Source: Leptogorgia sarmentosa
Lineage: Eukaryota
Direction of reading: 5' to 3'
DNA: 64,000 nt
Assembly (NCBI GenBank): GCA_964658305.1
Contig: OZ210885.1
Coordinates: forward strand, 10,602,001 to 10,666,000
The notes under the pieces are model-generated. The model saw only the letters and a program-made list of their open reading frames with translations. It did not search any database and was not told where the DNA came from. Positions 52,601 through 61,352 of the stretch are shown in pieces; position 1 is the stretch's first letter, and the number at the start of each line of letters is the position of its first letter. Made by a program: the position numbers and the translations under genes.

Positions 52601-53571
52601 GGAAAGAAACGTCTGATTTAAACCTGTGTCATTTACACGAAACTTGCTGAGAAATTTGTGCACGTAAATCGCAGGTTACTGTGTCTATATTTCCTTATAA
52701 ACATGGCATGTTAAAAAATCTGAAAGTGTTAAAGAATTTATTTATGATGATTAAATAGAACTTGTCGCGCTTCCCGAGACAATCCACAAATACTTCATGT
52801 TCTGAAAACATATTTGGTTATTAAAGCGATAGGTGCTGAATGCGTTCATTTCTAGTTAATGTTATGCATAATTTGTTACCTCTCCCGTCGGTGAGGGGAA
52901 GCGCGTCAGGTAATTTGTTCGTAATGGCAAAATAATTATTCTGTATAACGTAACCGTTAGATAACACGGCTAACAATCCAAAATCATGTGATGGCAATAT
53001 TGATTCGCGTGACATGGCGATTCGATAAAATGGCTGTACATCCAATTTAAAATACGTCTCACGTTGTACCGAAAATTGCCTCGGAAAAAAAGAACATTGG
53101 GTATGATATGCGATCAAAATCTTTCGTTCTAACAGCCACTATAAAATTATAAAACAAGGCTATCAATCCAAAAGTGATCACAAAAATTGCCTCGCGTAAC
53201 ATTGCCGTAACTTAACAGATTTAAAAATTTAAATCACAATTTTAGGTCGTGGTTCTTTGGCGATTGAGAACTTCTTAACTGGAAAGGTTCTCCACAGATT
53301 TCCAATTGAAGATGCTGAGGATATCATGGCGTTGGCATTAGCGCCTGGTGGTGAGTTTCTTTTGTCATGCTCGAAATATGACAAGAGGCTGAAACTGTGG
53401 AAGCTACCAAATGGAGAGTGTGTTGAAGAGTTTCATTTCGACCGGGATGTTCGCGCCATAGCATGTGGCTCAAATGGAATGGTTTGTGTTGGCCTGGCAG
53501 GAGGCCGGGTCTGCTTCCTTCGTCTTAATAAGTTATCCTCGCATTCAAAACAACTGCAACCAAAAGGTTGA
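3709..53571 (+). CDS. 16-exon STAND/NLR gene: HEPN-like N-terminus + coiled coil + NB-ARC + WD40 repeats (APAF-1-like architecture without CARD), ~1,699-1,707 aa
   Basis: Exons 3709-4297, 5514(or 5490)-5617, 5789-5966, 6639-6976, 8117-8753, 8992-9414, 14802-15047, 17751-17969, 20751-20957, 24103-24343, 25672-25904, 27953-28050, 30986-31394, 33390-33997, 40044-40287, 53246-53571. All introns are GT-AG with matching phases; total 5100 nt (5124 with the upstream exon-2 acceptor). Motifs: Walker A GMGGLGKT, Walker B LVVLDDVW, LITTRD, GLPLA, VHD, QLLGRL, GH...W[D/N/K] repeats. Confidence 0.88.
5514..5617 (+). CDS. NLR coding exon 2 (helical linker; alternative in-frame acceptor at 5490)
   Basis: tag|TTTCAAAC...AAG|gtttga; reads VSNAFVDGRYSKLIKESLSELRRCIENWHLETDTK; phase 1 in, 0 out. 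Not in the ORF track. Confidence 0.7.
5789..5966 (+). CDS. NLR coding exon 3 (coiled coil)
   Basis: ctgcag|ATG...AAAG|gtatta; heptad-like LDNIESNIGLELRELRCKTENVEEKLGALEEKI. Confidence 0.8.
6639..6976 (+). CDS. NLR coding exon 4: NB-ARC N-part with Walker A
   Basis: cttag|AT (phase 1); VVGIRGMGGLGKTILA; donor ACA|gtatgt. Confidence 0.9.
7330..7846. mobile_element. Degenerate partial relative of the 37212-37984 fold-back MITE
   Basis: Shares GCGATGTCCGAAAACT...GACCTTTGGGAATTAGCTTG...GTAATCACGCAGGAA and ends ...TTTTTGACACGCCCTG-TA. The left boundary is approximate. Confidence 0.7.
8117..8753 (+). CDS. NLR coding exon 5: NB-ARC Walker B, sensor 1, GxP, winged helix
   Basis: ttgcag|AGC; CLVVLDDVW, LITTRD, CKGLPLAL, GIFPEDTNIP..L.LFW; donor AAAG|gtacac. 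Confidence 0.92.
8992..9414 (+). CDS. NLR coding exon 6: MHD-equivalent (VHD) and APAF-1-like helical domain
   Basis: tttcag|TA; YRVHDLLLDF, LPYH, WLQQK, QLLG; donor CTAG|gtaata. Confidence 0.9.
9850..10788. mobile_element. Non-autonomous hAT-type element
   Basis: 15-bp TIR CAAGGGCGTCAATCC; 8-bp TSD GATGCATC. Confidence 0.9.
11470..11985. mobile_element. PIF/Harbinger-like MITE
   Basis: TIR GGGGGTGTTTATATGGAGGCGAGC; internal AGCCCG repeats; flanks TTA and TAA. Confidence 0.8.
12825..12962. repeat. ~135-bp hairpin with degenerate GCGAA apex
   Basis: GCATGATATCAAGAATTATTCAGACC..GGTCAATGTTAT pairs with ATAACATTGACC..GGTCTGAATAATTCTTGATATCATGC. Confidence 0.78.
13276..13964. mobile_element. 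Non-autonomous hAT-type element
   Basis: 14-bp TIR CAGGGATGCCGGAA; 8-bp TSD CTACCTGT; subterminal TGCACCC and AAAGGGCA repeats. Confidence 0.9.
14802..15047 (+). CDS. NLR coding exon 7: end of helical domain, first WD40
   Basis: ttccag|GC completes QLLG-RLL; ICGLENGSITIFD; donor ACAG|gtaggt. Confidence 0.88.
17751..17969 (+). CDS. NLR coding exon 8 (WD40)
   Basis: aacag|GT; GHSKEVSCLAVS...LASGSWDGSTILW; donor GATG|gtaagc. Confidence 0.9.
18255..18557 (+). mobile_element. hAT-type MITE family A, copy 1
   Basis: TIR CAGTGGCGTAG; 8-bp TSD CCCCGCCG; near-identical to copies at 21578 and 59437. Confidence 0.9.
20751..20957 (+). CDS. NLR coding exon 9 (WD40)
   Basis: ttgtag|GG; IATGGYDKTIKLW...GHTDYVSC; donor ACAG|gtatgc. 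Confidence 0.88.
21578..21881 (-). mobile_element. hAT-type MITE family A, copy 2 (inverted)
   Basis: Ends CAGGGGCGTAG / CTACGCCACTG; 8-bp TSD AAGCAGGC. Confidence 0.9.
24103..24343 (+). CDS. NLR coding exon 10 (WD40)
   Basis: gtttag|AT; LVSGSHDGTIKIWD...GHSADI; donor AG|gtgggt, phase 2. Confidence 0.88.
25672..25904 (+). CDS. NLR coding exon 11 (WD40)
   Basis: tttcag|C (phase 2); LTASEDGSIRVWN...VSASKDGTFKVWN; donor ACAG|gtatag. Confidence 0.88.
26344..26870. repeat. Fold-back element with long imperfect inverted arms
   Basis: AATAAGTGGTGAGAAATTTTATAT...CAAATATTCCGTA mirrored by TACGGAATATTTGATAC...ATATAAAATTTCTCACCACTTATT. Confidence 0.75.
27953..28050 (+). CDS. NLR coding exon 12 (98 nt, WD40)
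   Basis: Pyrimidine tract then aatag|GT; GDLEWAKHVAVSADDRYVVSLSKDYRSTKSSIK joins VWN of exon 13. It supplies the required phase 1 to phase 0 bridge. Not in the ORF track. Confidence 0.78.
30986..31394 (+). CDS. NLR coding exon 13 (WD40)
   Basis: tttcaag|GTG; VWNL...IIGCKDYHVFIWD; donor GCAG|gtgggt. Confidence 0.85.
33390..33997 (+). CDS. NLR coding exon 14 (WD40)
   Basis: ctttcag|GT; GHPDD..VTAI, FASGCIGGSVKLWN; donor GAG|gtatgt. Confidence 0.88.
35973..36131. repeat. ~160-bp hairpin with CCGAGGCGAAGCCGAGG apex
   Basis: CACTTATTTACTGA...TGTGTTTTGTGGCCCC pairs with GGGGCCACAAAACACA...TCAGTAAATAAGTG. Confidence 0.8.
37043..37203. repeat. ~160-bp hairpin with CGAGGCGAAGCCGAG apex; partial duplicate at ~36920-37020
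   Basis: GTGCAATGGTAAGAATATTTTC...GGTGAAAGATGGAATGTTC pairs with GAACATTCCATCTTTCACC...GAAAATATTCTTACCATTGCAC. Confidence 0.8.
37212..37984. mobile_element. Tc1/mariner-type fold-back MITE with ~350-bp inverted arms
   Basis: CAGGGTGTATCA...TGATACACCCTG followed by TA; the arms are close reverse complements. Confidence 0.85.
40044..40287 (+). CDS. NLR coding exon 15 (degenerate beta-propeller)
   Basis: tttgacag|ATT (phase 0), open to TTAG|gtatat (phase 1); the phases fit both neighbours. Confidence 0.72.
40718..43317 (+). mobile_element. Autonomous hAT DNA transposon 1 (2,600 bp)
   Basis: Perfect 22-bp TIR TAAGGCTGTCCACAAGATGCTC; perfect 8-bp TSD AGTAGCGC (40710-40717, 43318-43325); subterminal GCAACTT repeats; intact ORF. 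Confidence 0.95.
41113..43032 (+). CDS. hAT transposase (639 aa from first ATG) with N-terminal C2H2-type zinc finger
   Basis: CDAC...HIKSQKH; catalytic-motif candidates VIFDGST, IRDGAAVN, CFSH, TRWWS, SAERVFS (hAT C-terminal dimerisation region). Single uninterrupted ORF. Confidence 0.92.
   Translation: MADNDTLPSSSSDSEENPEENQSTEENPLETAAAAGARLSTPDKADISRKRKVQTNPTGKKNVRGTVGPNVSAWERLKEFKDDYLTVESGKLRCDACKETISKKKSSVQKHIKSQKHIKSKDIMRKSKMKDQSIVDLMARNSRAKGSTLPEDMRLYRYELVETLLKAGIPLSKADVMRPFLEKHGHRLTSRSHLAEFIPLILKKEKDTVKAEIAANDNFSVIFDGSTRLGEALAIVVRFIDQWKIKQRLVTLEVLSKSLNAEQLAQRLIQCLAVEYAIKPNQLLAAIRDGAAVNGAGLRQVNFYFPNIFDVTCFSHTIDNVGEHFQFTVLETFSRYWNTMFSLSPAARLLWKTRTGTAMLRKSNTRWWSLWEVLNQVVEYFGDVEPFLRENDVSPACRTRLLELFDDPVSVRDLELELAAIIDAGKHFVSATYYFEGDGPLVFSCYEHLAALAHAIAIDSYPNTEAKARQYAAGNVPLYNQLIAQAKACITPGFRFYQQKFSREFHATVRAFKAARLCCPMKVQELHPDVASVQELKQFGFFTDAAIAQLVDELPKYLAIAEGVEIETEEGKVKWWSVHEKALPSWSTAVKKILLVQPSSASAERVFSLLQNSFNKQQDAALEETVEVSVMLRYNKRDD
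43681..43996. mobile_element. PIF/Harbinger-like fold-back MITE
   Basis: TIR GGGCCTGTTTATATGATCCC / GGGATCATATAAACATGCCC; TAA on both sides. Confidence 0.78.
45601..50298 (+). CDS. Spliced OTU-like protease / Pro-rich / TTF-type zinc finger / hAT transposase fusion (~1,199 aa, 4 exons)
   Basis: Exons 45601-45848, 46398-47302, 47734-47847, 47966-50298; GT-AG; phases 2,1,1; total 3600 nt. OTU motifs TRGDGNCLYRA and NHFVPL. Transposase motifs WLCYS..DGAFCLAC, ALRGH, LADEATD, GQGYDGA, HCTSHRLNL, TTRW, CECERSVSAL. Confidence 0.82.
47966..50298 (+). CDS. hAT transposase exon (ZMYM1/THAP12-like; DUF4371-type core and hAT dimerisation region)
   Basis: Uninterrupted 773-aa ORF with DDE-motif candidates, CxxH and RW. 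Confidence 0.93.
50347..50560 (+). repeat. 62-bp tandem repeat (~3.5 copies) downstream of the transposase in hAT 2
   Basis: GCTGGTGTTGGACGAAAACTAGAACATTTT...CTCGTCTCAAGTCTCCTTTC recurs with period 62. Confidence 0.9.
53246..53571 (+). CDS. NLR terminal coding exon 16 (WD40, stop TGA)
   Basis: ttttag|GT; LLSCSKYDKRLKLW...VCVGLAGGRVCFLRL; AATAAA at 53700-53705. Confidence 0.85.
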
Positions 53572-53710
53572 AGACTTAAGAGAAATTGCAACATTGTCTG
53601 AAATGAATATTAAACGTGGAAACAAGGATATGTGGAGTATAGCAATATCAATATTTCTTGCTATGACAAAATACTATAAAATATATATATATATAGTAAA
53701 ATAAAGACTC

Positions 53711-53968
53711 AAAAAACCCAAAATACAATGAAATTAACGCATTGTTGGAATTTGAGAGCCCTTGGAAGTCAAAAATCTGTAAACAGCGATTAAGAAATTA
53801 AGATATACTTGTATTGTGCGTCCAGATTGTTTAGAACCAAAATTTGAATAGAGTAAAATAATGGCTTGCATAATCATTCATGTACTCGTGGGATTAGCTT
53901 ATTGTTAGGGCATTCAAATTCAAACAATGCGTTAATTTCAATGGTTTGGGGTTTTTTGGCACACCCTG
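53711..53968. mobile_element. Tc1-type MITE remnant just 3' of the NLR stop
   Basis: Inverted arms TGAAATTAACGCATTGTT / AACAATGCGTTAATTTCA; right end CACACCCTG. Confidence 0.6.
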
Positions 53969-55791
53969 TGTACTAATATTCGATTATGACTATTTTTTAC
54001 CAAAACAACCAGAATTCCAAGTATTTCTGGAATCTCAAAAGTAGAGATATTGTAAAATATTTGAATGTTCCACCGAAATTATTACGTAATAGGCACAATG
54101 GGTAGAATACAAGGAAGAATATACATTCCAAAACTTGTGGGTTTCTGATTTTCTTAGGGTGGAAAACGTTTCTGAAACGTTGCCGGAAACGGCCATACCA
54201 GAACCTTAACTCTACCTTATTGGTAAGGTCATTTAAGTGTACGAATCAAAGATCGCTTACATTAAGTGTTATATTGCTGTATAACTTTTATAATTACTAT
54301 TGTCACAAGTAAAGGAAAACGAGAAATAGTAAACAGTGGGGGACAGTTATATAGCCGTCCCCCAAGCCAAAAATTCGGGGACTCCACAAGATTGACACCC
54401 TTTATAAAATATTTGGCCCATGTGATTAGCTCATTTGTCGTCACGTACCTTTGGCAAAATATAATGTTCCAACACCTCGCATTTCTTCAAGTATTCGTAA
54501 TTCAGAATCTACGTGAAAAGAAAGATAGTGCAAAAAATTGAGTATCTGTTCCGTACGAAAATAGACTTCGTCTTTTCGTTGACTTCGACTGTTTCGTCTG
54601 TATGGTTAACTTTCAAACCTCGGTCTTCATGTCTTCACATTGGCCTCGGTTTGATATTTACCGTGCACACCTCATGCTTGGTCAGTAAGTACTTGATTTT
54701 TCACCATATTCCAAGATATCAGCGATGAATGGCTATATTTATCCCAAGTGTGGGTCGTTCTTACATGATACTTAAGATGAAATTTTCAGAGTAAATCTTA
54801 AGGCTATTTTCAAGTTTTTTGTTTTCCGTTTTTCGTACGTACGTGTAGGCTCGTAAAAATTCATGAAATTGATTTCAACGCTAGTTTCTATGCAATCACA
54901 TGAATTAATGTAAAGATCTCATACCTTGATTAATAAAATAAAATATAGAGAGATATCAATTTAGACTTTTACGTGCGTACACGTACGTGTAAACCGGGTA
55001 TCTGGAATGCAGCCTTTAGTTGTGAAATTCGAGGCCAACTAATAGGATATTGAAAGCGATAGTTGACTTGTTGAATGGTGAATCGGACAATATCAGTTTG
55101 TCGGAAAATCGGTAAATTTCGTTGGAAATTTTTGAAAGTCATTATTTTGATAATAGGCGCAGGCTTCATATTTTGATATCTTCATATGGCGATTGATTAT
55201 TTCTACTTCAATGTTTAATACATTTTACCTCATTCATTATTCAATATCCCTACTGTCGTCAGTATTTCAAAAATACTTGTCCGGGAGTGGAAATGGGGTG
55301 GAAGGGAAAATATTTCAGTGGCACTCTGCGTGTTTTGAATTCACCTGTCTTATTACAAACATTTTTATTCAGTCCATGCTGTAAATAATTATCGAGAAAA
55401 CGTCATGCTAAGAATTTTCTCTCAATTCTCAATGGCGGTATAGTAAACGTATAAGAATAAGTACAGTGAACATATGTGGAAATGTTTAGCAATTCGCCTA
55501 ATTAATATAAGAGGCAACTGTATATTTGAAAATGATTTTGTTTCAACTTTAGTGTAGATTTTTAGTTGTATTTTCCGGTTTACAATATCGAATTATTATG
55601 GAACATTTGTCAACAAAAGTAAAATTACCAATGATGTTTGCAAATGGTCGTCACATTTACAGCATTATCAGCAAGCCTTACTGAACTTCAGACGTCATTA
55701 TCTCTTATTTTCTAATTTTTTTAAATTTCAGCAGTGTTTTACAGATACAACACTGGACCATGCATCGATCCTTATAATTTTGTTTGCAGAC

Positions 55792-56535
55792 CAGTGCCGG
55801 ATTATCTAGGGGGCAATGGGGGCATTTGCCCCCGGCCCCAGCTCAAAAGCTTATTTACCGGCCCAAGAAAAACAATGTATAAAAAATTTCAGTTGCTGCA
55901 TGTGAGGTTTCGAAAAAATTGGTTTTGATTAAAAATTGGTCAATTGAAAGCCAGGAAGTTCTACAGTCCTAAATTACTCAAGAATTATCTGCGTCTATAG
56001 ACAGACAAAAAGTTCAAATTGGAAAACTCGGGGCACTGATTTTGAGCATAATTTGGGCGAAAATCTGTGGAATAAGGTAATGTCAACAATCCTCCAGTCG
56101 TTCACCTGAACGAGCGTACCAAGAAAGTAGAGTTAGGACTCTGAACTCGCCGTTTCCGGCAATCCAGAGGTTGTAAAAGTTCAGAAATTTCTCGCTCGGC
56201 GCCAACCATGGTGGCACCTCGTGACATTCGCTACCCTCAAATTCGGGCAAAGATAAACTTTCTGCCCCCCGCTGAAAAAATGTGGCCCGTACGCTTATGC
56301 TTAGCATTTAACACGAAATAGTAGACTCACTTAAGTTAATGTCGAAGTGGCTGGTAAATGCCACTTTCACGTTAAAATGCTATTCCCTATGTTCATGCAT
56401 ATTATAGTTCTTGACGATATAATGGACAGGACTTTCAATTTGATTACATATACGTTTCATGTTTTCATATTCACCAAATTACGGATCTTTACTTTTTGTG
56501 TGTCCCCGGCCCAATGATGGGTTAATCCGGCGCTG
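55792..56535. mobile_element. Non-autonomous hAT-type element
   Basis: TIR CAGTGCCGGATTA / TAATCCGGCGCTG; 8-bp TSD TTGCAGAC. Confidence 0.88.
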
Positions 56536-57434
56536 TTGCAGACTAAGGGATACTTCATATGAGAAAAGTTATCTCTGTTGACAAGAAAATATTTCGAATG
56601 TCTAATGACTCAGTTCTGCTCTTATTGAGCACGTTATAACGTCACCACGCTTATCGAGTAAATTGTTTTCGGCCGGGAAAGGCTGGGTCAACCGGGGACG
56701 AATCGGATGGGACTGTCGAACTTACTGGACTATTCTTCATTCCAAACAACACGAATTAATCCACCTTGGTCTGTATGAATATAACAGCAAACCTAATTAA
56801 AATAATTTTAAAAACTTTTTGCAAGATTCATTATGTAGATTTCAGCTTCGGAAGCATGAGCTTGTACCTTGTGGGTTCTTCCGAAGGATCCTGCAAGATC
56901 CATCTTTTGCTCCAGCTAATTTATCAACAACATCAGGACAATCTCGGGCTGAGTTGAATATATCGGCCAATGTTGGAGAACCTGTATTGCCAGGTGAAAA
57001 ACGGCGCAAACAGAATATGAATTGGTAATTTAAATTCTATACTTTTTCGAATAGCAAAAGCTTTTCAAAAGTTGTTGTATTTTGTGACATATTTTGGCAT
57101 CATTAATTAAAGTAAAACTTCTTTAATAAATGATATATGAAATGCGTATGTATTATCGCGTGTTTATTTGAATTGTAGCCTTGCTGCCTCAGTCGCATGA
57201 CTGCTATTCTATTTTTTCAAAATACTAAAAAACTTTAGATTTAAAAAAAAACCAAGTTCTACGCGACATTCAAAGATACATCTATCGTTTTAGGGAAATA
57301 ATTTATACTTTTATTTATTTTTTGTATTGTTTAGAAGTGGAATTTGGATCAACTCGTGAAGTTCCTACGAAAAATGAAGAGCTTGAACCTTGCCAACAAT
57401 GTAGAAGAAACAAGATTTATACTTTTTCCTTCCG

Positions 57435-57600
57435 AAACATGCATGGAAAGGGATGAAAACTGGAGTGCCCGGAGAAAAACCCTCGATCGGAACGCAGGGG
57501 AGATCGACCACACGAAATCCACTCACGTGAAATGTCACACCAGATTTGTCTTAGGTTTTGCGGTGGTGAGAGCCACAATGCGCTACCGCTTTCGTCACCC
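57435..57600 (-). mobile_element. Degenerate tRNA-headed SINE-like fragment
   Basis: Minus strand GGTTTTTCTCCGGGCACTCCAGTTTTC resembles conserved SINE core motifs of invertebrates; the head is weak. Confidence 0.5.
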
Positions 57601-59271
57601 GTACAAAGTTACATGTAATTCGCAATTAATATGCTAACAATATTAGTTCATTGTTTGATTATATTACTTATATATTTTTCTTTATATGCCCGTTTATAGG
57701 AAGATAAAGATGCATAGAGCATCATCAAGGATGGTTCATCGTCCTTTCCCGTTATCTTCGTTTGTGGGACGTTAGATGCCATTTCACGAATATAATATAT
57801 AGTGATATGTACAATCAATCACATTCATAAGTAGTTGGGACACCAATGATCTTAGGACATCAGTCGTATTGTGCGAATAATTAAAAACCATAATAACACC
57901 CCTCCCCTACCTCATCCTTGCAAATTGCAATGAAATGTCACATTTGATCAAACATCACAGGTTGATCAAATATTAGAGCCGAAATTTTATTTTCACGATA
58001 AGTGGTGGTGGTTATGCAAATATTTTATTTTGTGATTTGTAAATTGCAATTTGACTTTAAAGTACAACAAATACTTAAGTAGAAAGTTTTATCCATCACT
58101 GGGTATTAAATATATCATATTTTTTCAGGAAATTTGGTATAGATATCTTGGAGATAAGATTAAAAATGAGCTCCGAAACGAGAGAATGATCCCATTGTTC
58201 TTGCGAGAAAAAGAAAGAATGCAGATGGGCATAAAATGCAGCAAAACTGAGGGCTGTTGTCCGGAGAGGTATTGTGAACTGGGCACCTCCTTGAGTCGAT
58301 GGGGAAGATCAATCTTCATGTAGAGCCCATATTGCATGGATGCAAAAAGAAAAGAAGAACCGACAGCCGAACCAAGAGATTAATTGTGAGCAAGAAAATG
58401 GAATTAACATACTCCTTCAGCCGGCAGATGGTAATTGGACAGAAGCATTTACTGAAGGACATTGGGGATACATATCCTTTCATTTTTGTGAAAAACCATA
58501 ATTATTAGACAATCATTTACAAAGACTAAATATGAAATTAAATTTAGGGAGGCTTAATTTACAAATTTTCTAATGACCGCCTAATATGTAGTCTAAAATG
58601 TTTAGCAGTGTTAGTTCTTATGTTATTCCACTAAAACGTCACTTTTCTCTCTCATTTTTTGTGCTATAGGTAAAATCTGAAGCATTAGCTAAAAAAAGGA
58701 GCTACTACAGCTTTGCATATCAATGCATTCCCTTCTAAAGGTCAAGCCTAAACGACCACGAATTCGAACATGTCGGCGTTTAGAAGAACGACAACTTGGC
58801 ATAATTAAATGTTGAACTGGGGGGATTCGTCATTTCGAGACAACATATATATATATATTGTCAATTTATGGTACGTTTTCGAAGGAAAATCAAATAGTAT
58901 CAAGGACGACAAAATACAGTTTGGAAATGTTCTCTATGTGCAGTTTTTGTTGCTGTAACTCTGCGTTAAATGTGTCCAATTTCCCCAATTGGTTATTGTC
59001 TTACATACACGCGATATAACATTGTTTCAAATGTTCAACTAATTAAAAGTTTGAATACGTATATTCAAATGGTATAGAGATTTCACACAGACAGGCATCT
59101 AGAAAAATGAACACATTGTAAAATATTAAAAAGTATTTCAAAAATTTGCTTGCCCTGTCCTGCTAAATGCATTTATAATGCAAGTATATATTGTTCAACA
59201 TTATACAGCCCGTTTGGCATTACACTCCTGTTGTGCACAGATAGCTCAATTTATTTATATGTCACTGTACT

Positions 59272-59919
59272 CATAGGCGTACGGGCACATTTTTTTGGGG
59301 GGGGGCTGAGCTGAATTTGCCCGAATTACATGACGTCATAGATTTCGTGACGTCATCATAATATTATATAATCTGAGAATACTATAAATGAAAAGCTTTC
59401 CTTTGAAAATTGATATAAAGAGAAATATGTCGTCCCCAGTGGCGTAGCCAGACCTTCTTTTTTTGGGGGGGGGGGCGAAGCAAACGGGGAAGGCGCGATG
59501 GCATCTAGGGGGGTCCGGGGGGATTCTCCCCCGGGAAAATTTTGAAATCTGGAGTCCATCAATGGCGATTTAGCGTGTTTCTGGGGTGAGATTTGTGAAA
59601 ATGTTTGGATTGAGATTGGTAGTCACATGGGTAGTCATCGTCCCCCCCTAATTTCTACCCGGATTTCATCTTTTTACGGCGCAGTCCTTCAGCCTTTTGA
59701 AGGGGCTGAAACCCCCCGTGCCCCCCCCCCCTCCCTTGTCTACGTCACTGGTCGTCCCTAGCCAAACGGAGAAAGGGAAAGTTACTAGCGTAACAACATT
59801 ATCTAATCACCAGACCGTCGCTGCCCGAATGACAAGACAATTTTTGCCCGAATAGATGAATTCTCAAAAAATTTGGGGGGGCTGCAGCCCCCCCAGCCCC
59901 ACCCCCTCGTACGCCTATG
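59272..59919. mobile_element. hAT-type MITE hosting family A copy 3
   Basis: TIR CATAGGCGTACG; 8-bp TSD ACTGTACT. Confidence 0.88.
59437..59750 (+). mobile_element. hAT-type MITE family A, copy 3 (nested in 59272-59919)
   Basis: 8-bp TSD GTCGTCCC; same internal sequence as copy 1. Confidence 0.9.
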
Positions 59920-61250
59920 ACTGTACTGCACTTGTTTAAAAATAACATTGTATAATCATAATTATTCTTATTTTACAGGTAATGAATTACAGGTAATCGT
60001 GCGCATCAACTTAGAATTCATACATCATAAAGACAAATGTCCATGTGTCCCAACTGTCCTGTGTCCCAATCGTCCTGTGTCCAGTTTCAGCAATAACTTA
60101 TAACAAATTCTCTTTTGTAGGACCATGAAGATCCAGATTCATTCTGTTCAACGCAGGTTTGAAATCTCCCTGTGTTAGTATTCGCTGATGAAAAATTAAC
60201 TAAAAATTAACATCGAGTGCCTTATTTACAGAGGATGTGGTGGAAACAACACGAGTATGGTTTGCTTATGCTCCAGTCAATAATAGTATTCATGAATGAA
60301 AGAGTGCCGAGCGATGTTAAAAGTGCCTTTGAAGGAGTTGCGAAAGCGTATACAAAATACAAAGTGGAATGTTCAAAGTAGAGATTAGTACTCTTTAACT
60401 GCATGGGAACTTTATTGAACTGCCAGTGGTTATTTATCATTTATAAACCCGGAGCGAGGGGGATTCGGCGTGATATTTCCCTGGTCCAACGCTTATAGCA
60501 TCTTTCTCATTGAACCCCTGGAAATATGTTATATTATTAATTTATTATTATTATTGTGGGCACCTTTGTGTTCTTGGTAGCAAAAGCACATTCCACACGT
60601 GTCTCATCTAACAAAGTAGGTTCGTGTGTTTGTTATTACTGAATCCATTGTGATTACAGTCGCTTTAGAACTTACCAATAAAGGTTTACTAAGAGAAATA
60701 CAACAAGACTGGCATTCCTTTTTTGTTGCTAAACATCGAGCAGGAATTGATTTTGACTGATCAGAATTTGCTGATAAGGGGGATTTTCTTATGTTCTTTA
60801 GACACTCACATATGTTTGCAACAATACCTTCATCAATGGAGGATAAAAGAGTTTGACGTTCTCATACATTCGTTCTGGTTCTGATGGGATTATATGGTCC
60901 AACATTTCCGAACTTATTGACTGTTAACTGAGTACGCTATGCCGTACACTATGCGTGGCAAACGACGATCAAAATTCTCAAAAAACGGACAAAAGATAAG
61001 AGGAACCGAGACGTCAGGTTTCAGTCAAGCACCTCAACCTGACAACAAAATCACACAGCAAGGTTAGAAGTAAAGACCACCGCCTTAGCGTTACCCCCTA
61101 GAGGGCCCCGCAAACAGGCACGAACACGAAGAGTACTGCTGCCAAAATCAAGGCCAAACGATGCACGAACGAATAGCGAACACGTACTGAATTCACAACA
61201 CTTGACAGCACCACGCAGAAACACGAAAGGAATTCACAACACTTCTTCAA

Positions 61251-61352
61251 CTCTTCGATTCTTGCACTCTTCGATTCTTGCACTCTTCGATTCTTGCACT
61301 CTTCGATTCTTGCACTCTTCCGTCTCTTCGATTCTTGCACTCTTCGATTCTT
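61251..61352. repeat. 16-bp minisatellite CTCTTCGATTCTTGCA (~6 copies)
   Basis: Direct reading of the sequence. Confidence 0.9.

Noticed and set aside
3709..53571. Calling the gene APAF1
   Set aside because: No N-terminal CARD is seen and orthology cannot be shown without a phylogeny, so the symbol is left blank.
14802..53571. Hypervariable, internally near-identical WD40 array as in fungal HET-E
   Set aside because: The repeats are strongly diverged from each other and split over many exons.
60100..61100. Decayed coding remnant on the minus strand
   Set aside because: Short interrupted frames with no recognisable motif or splice chain.
61251..61352. CRISPR-like array or repetitive protein (ORFs within 61098-61575)
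   Set aside because: Head-to-tail 16-mers without spacers in eukaryotic DNA; the ORFs are by-products of the repeat.
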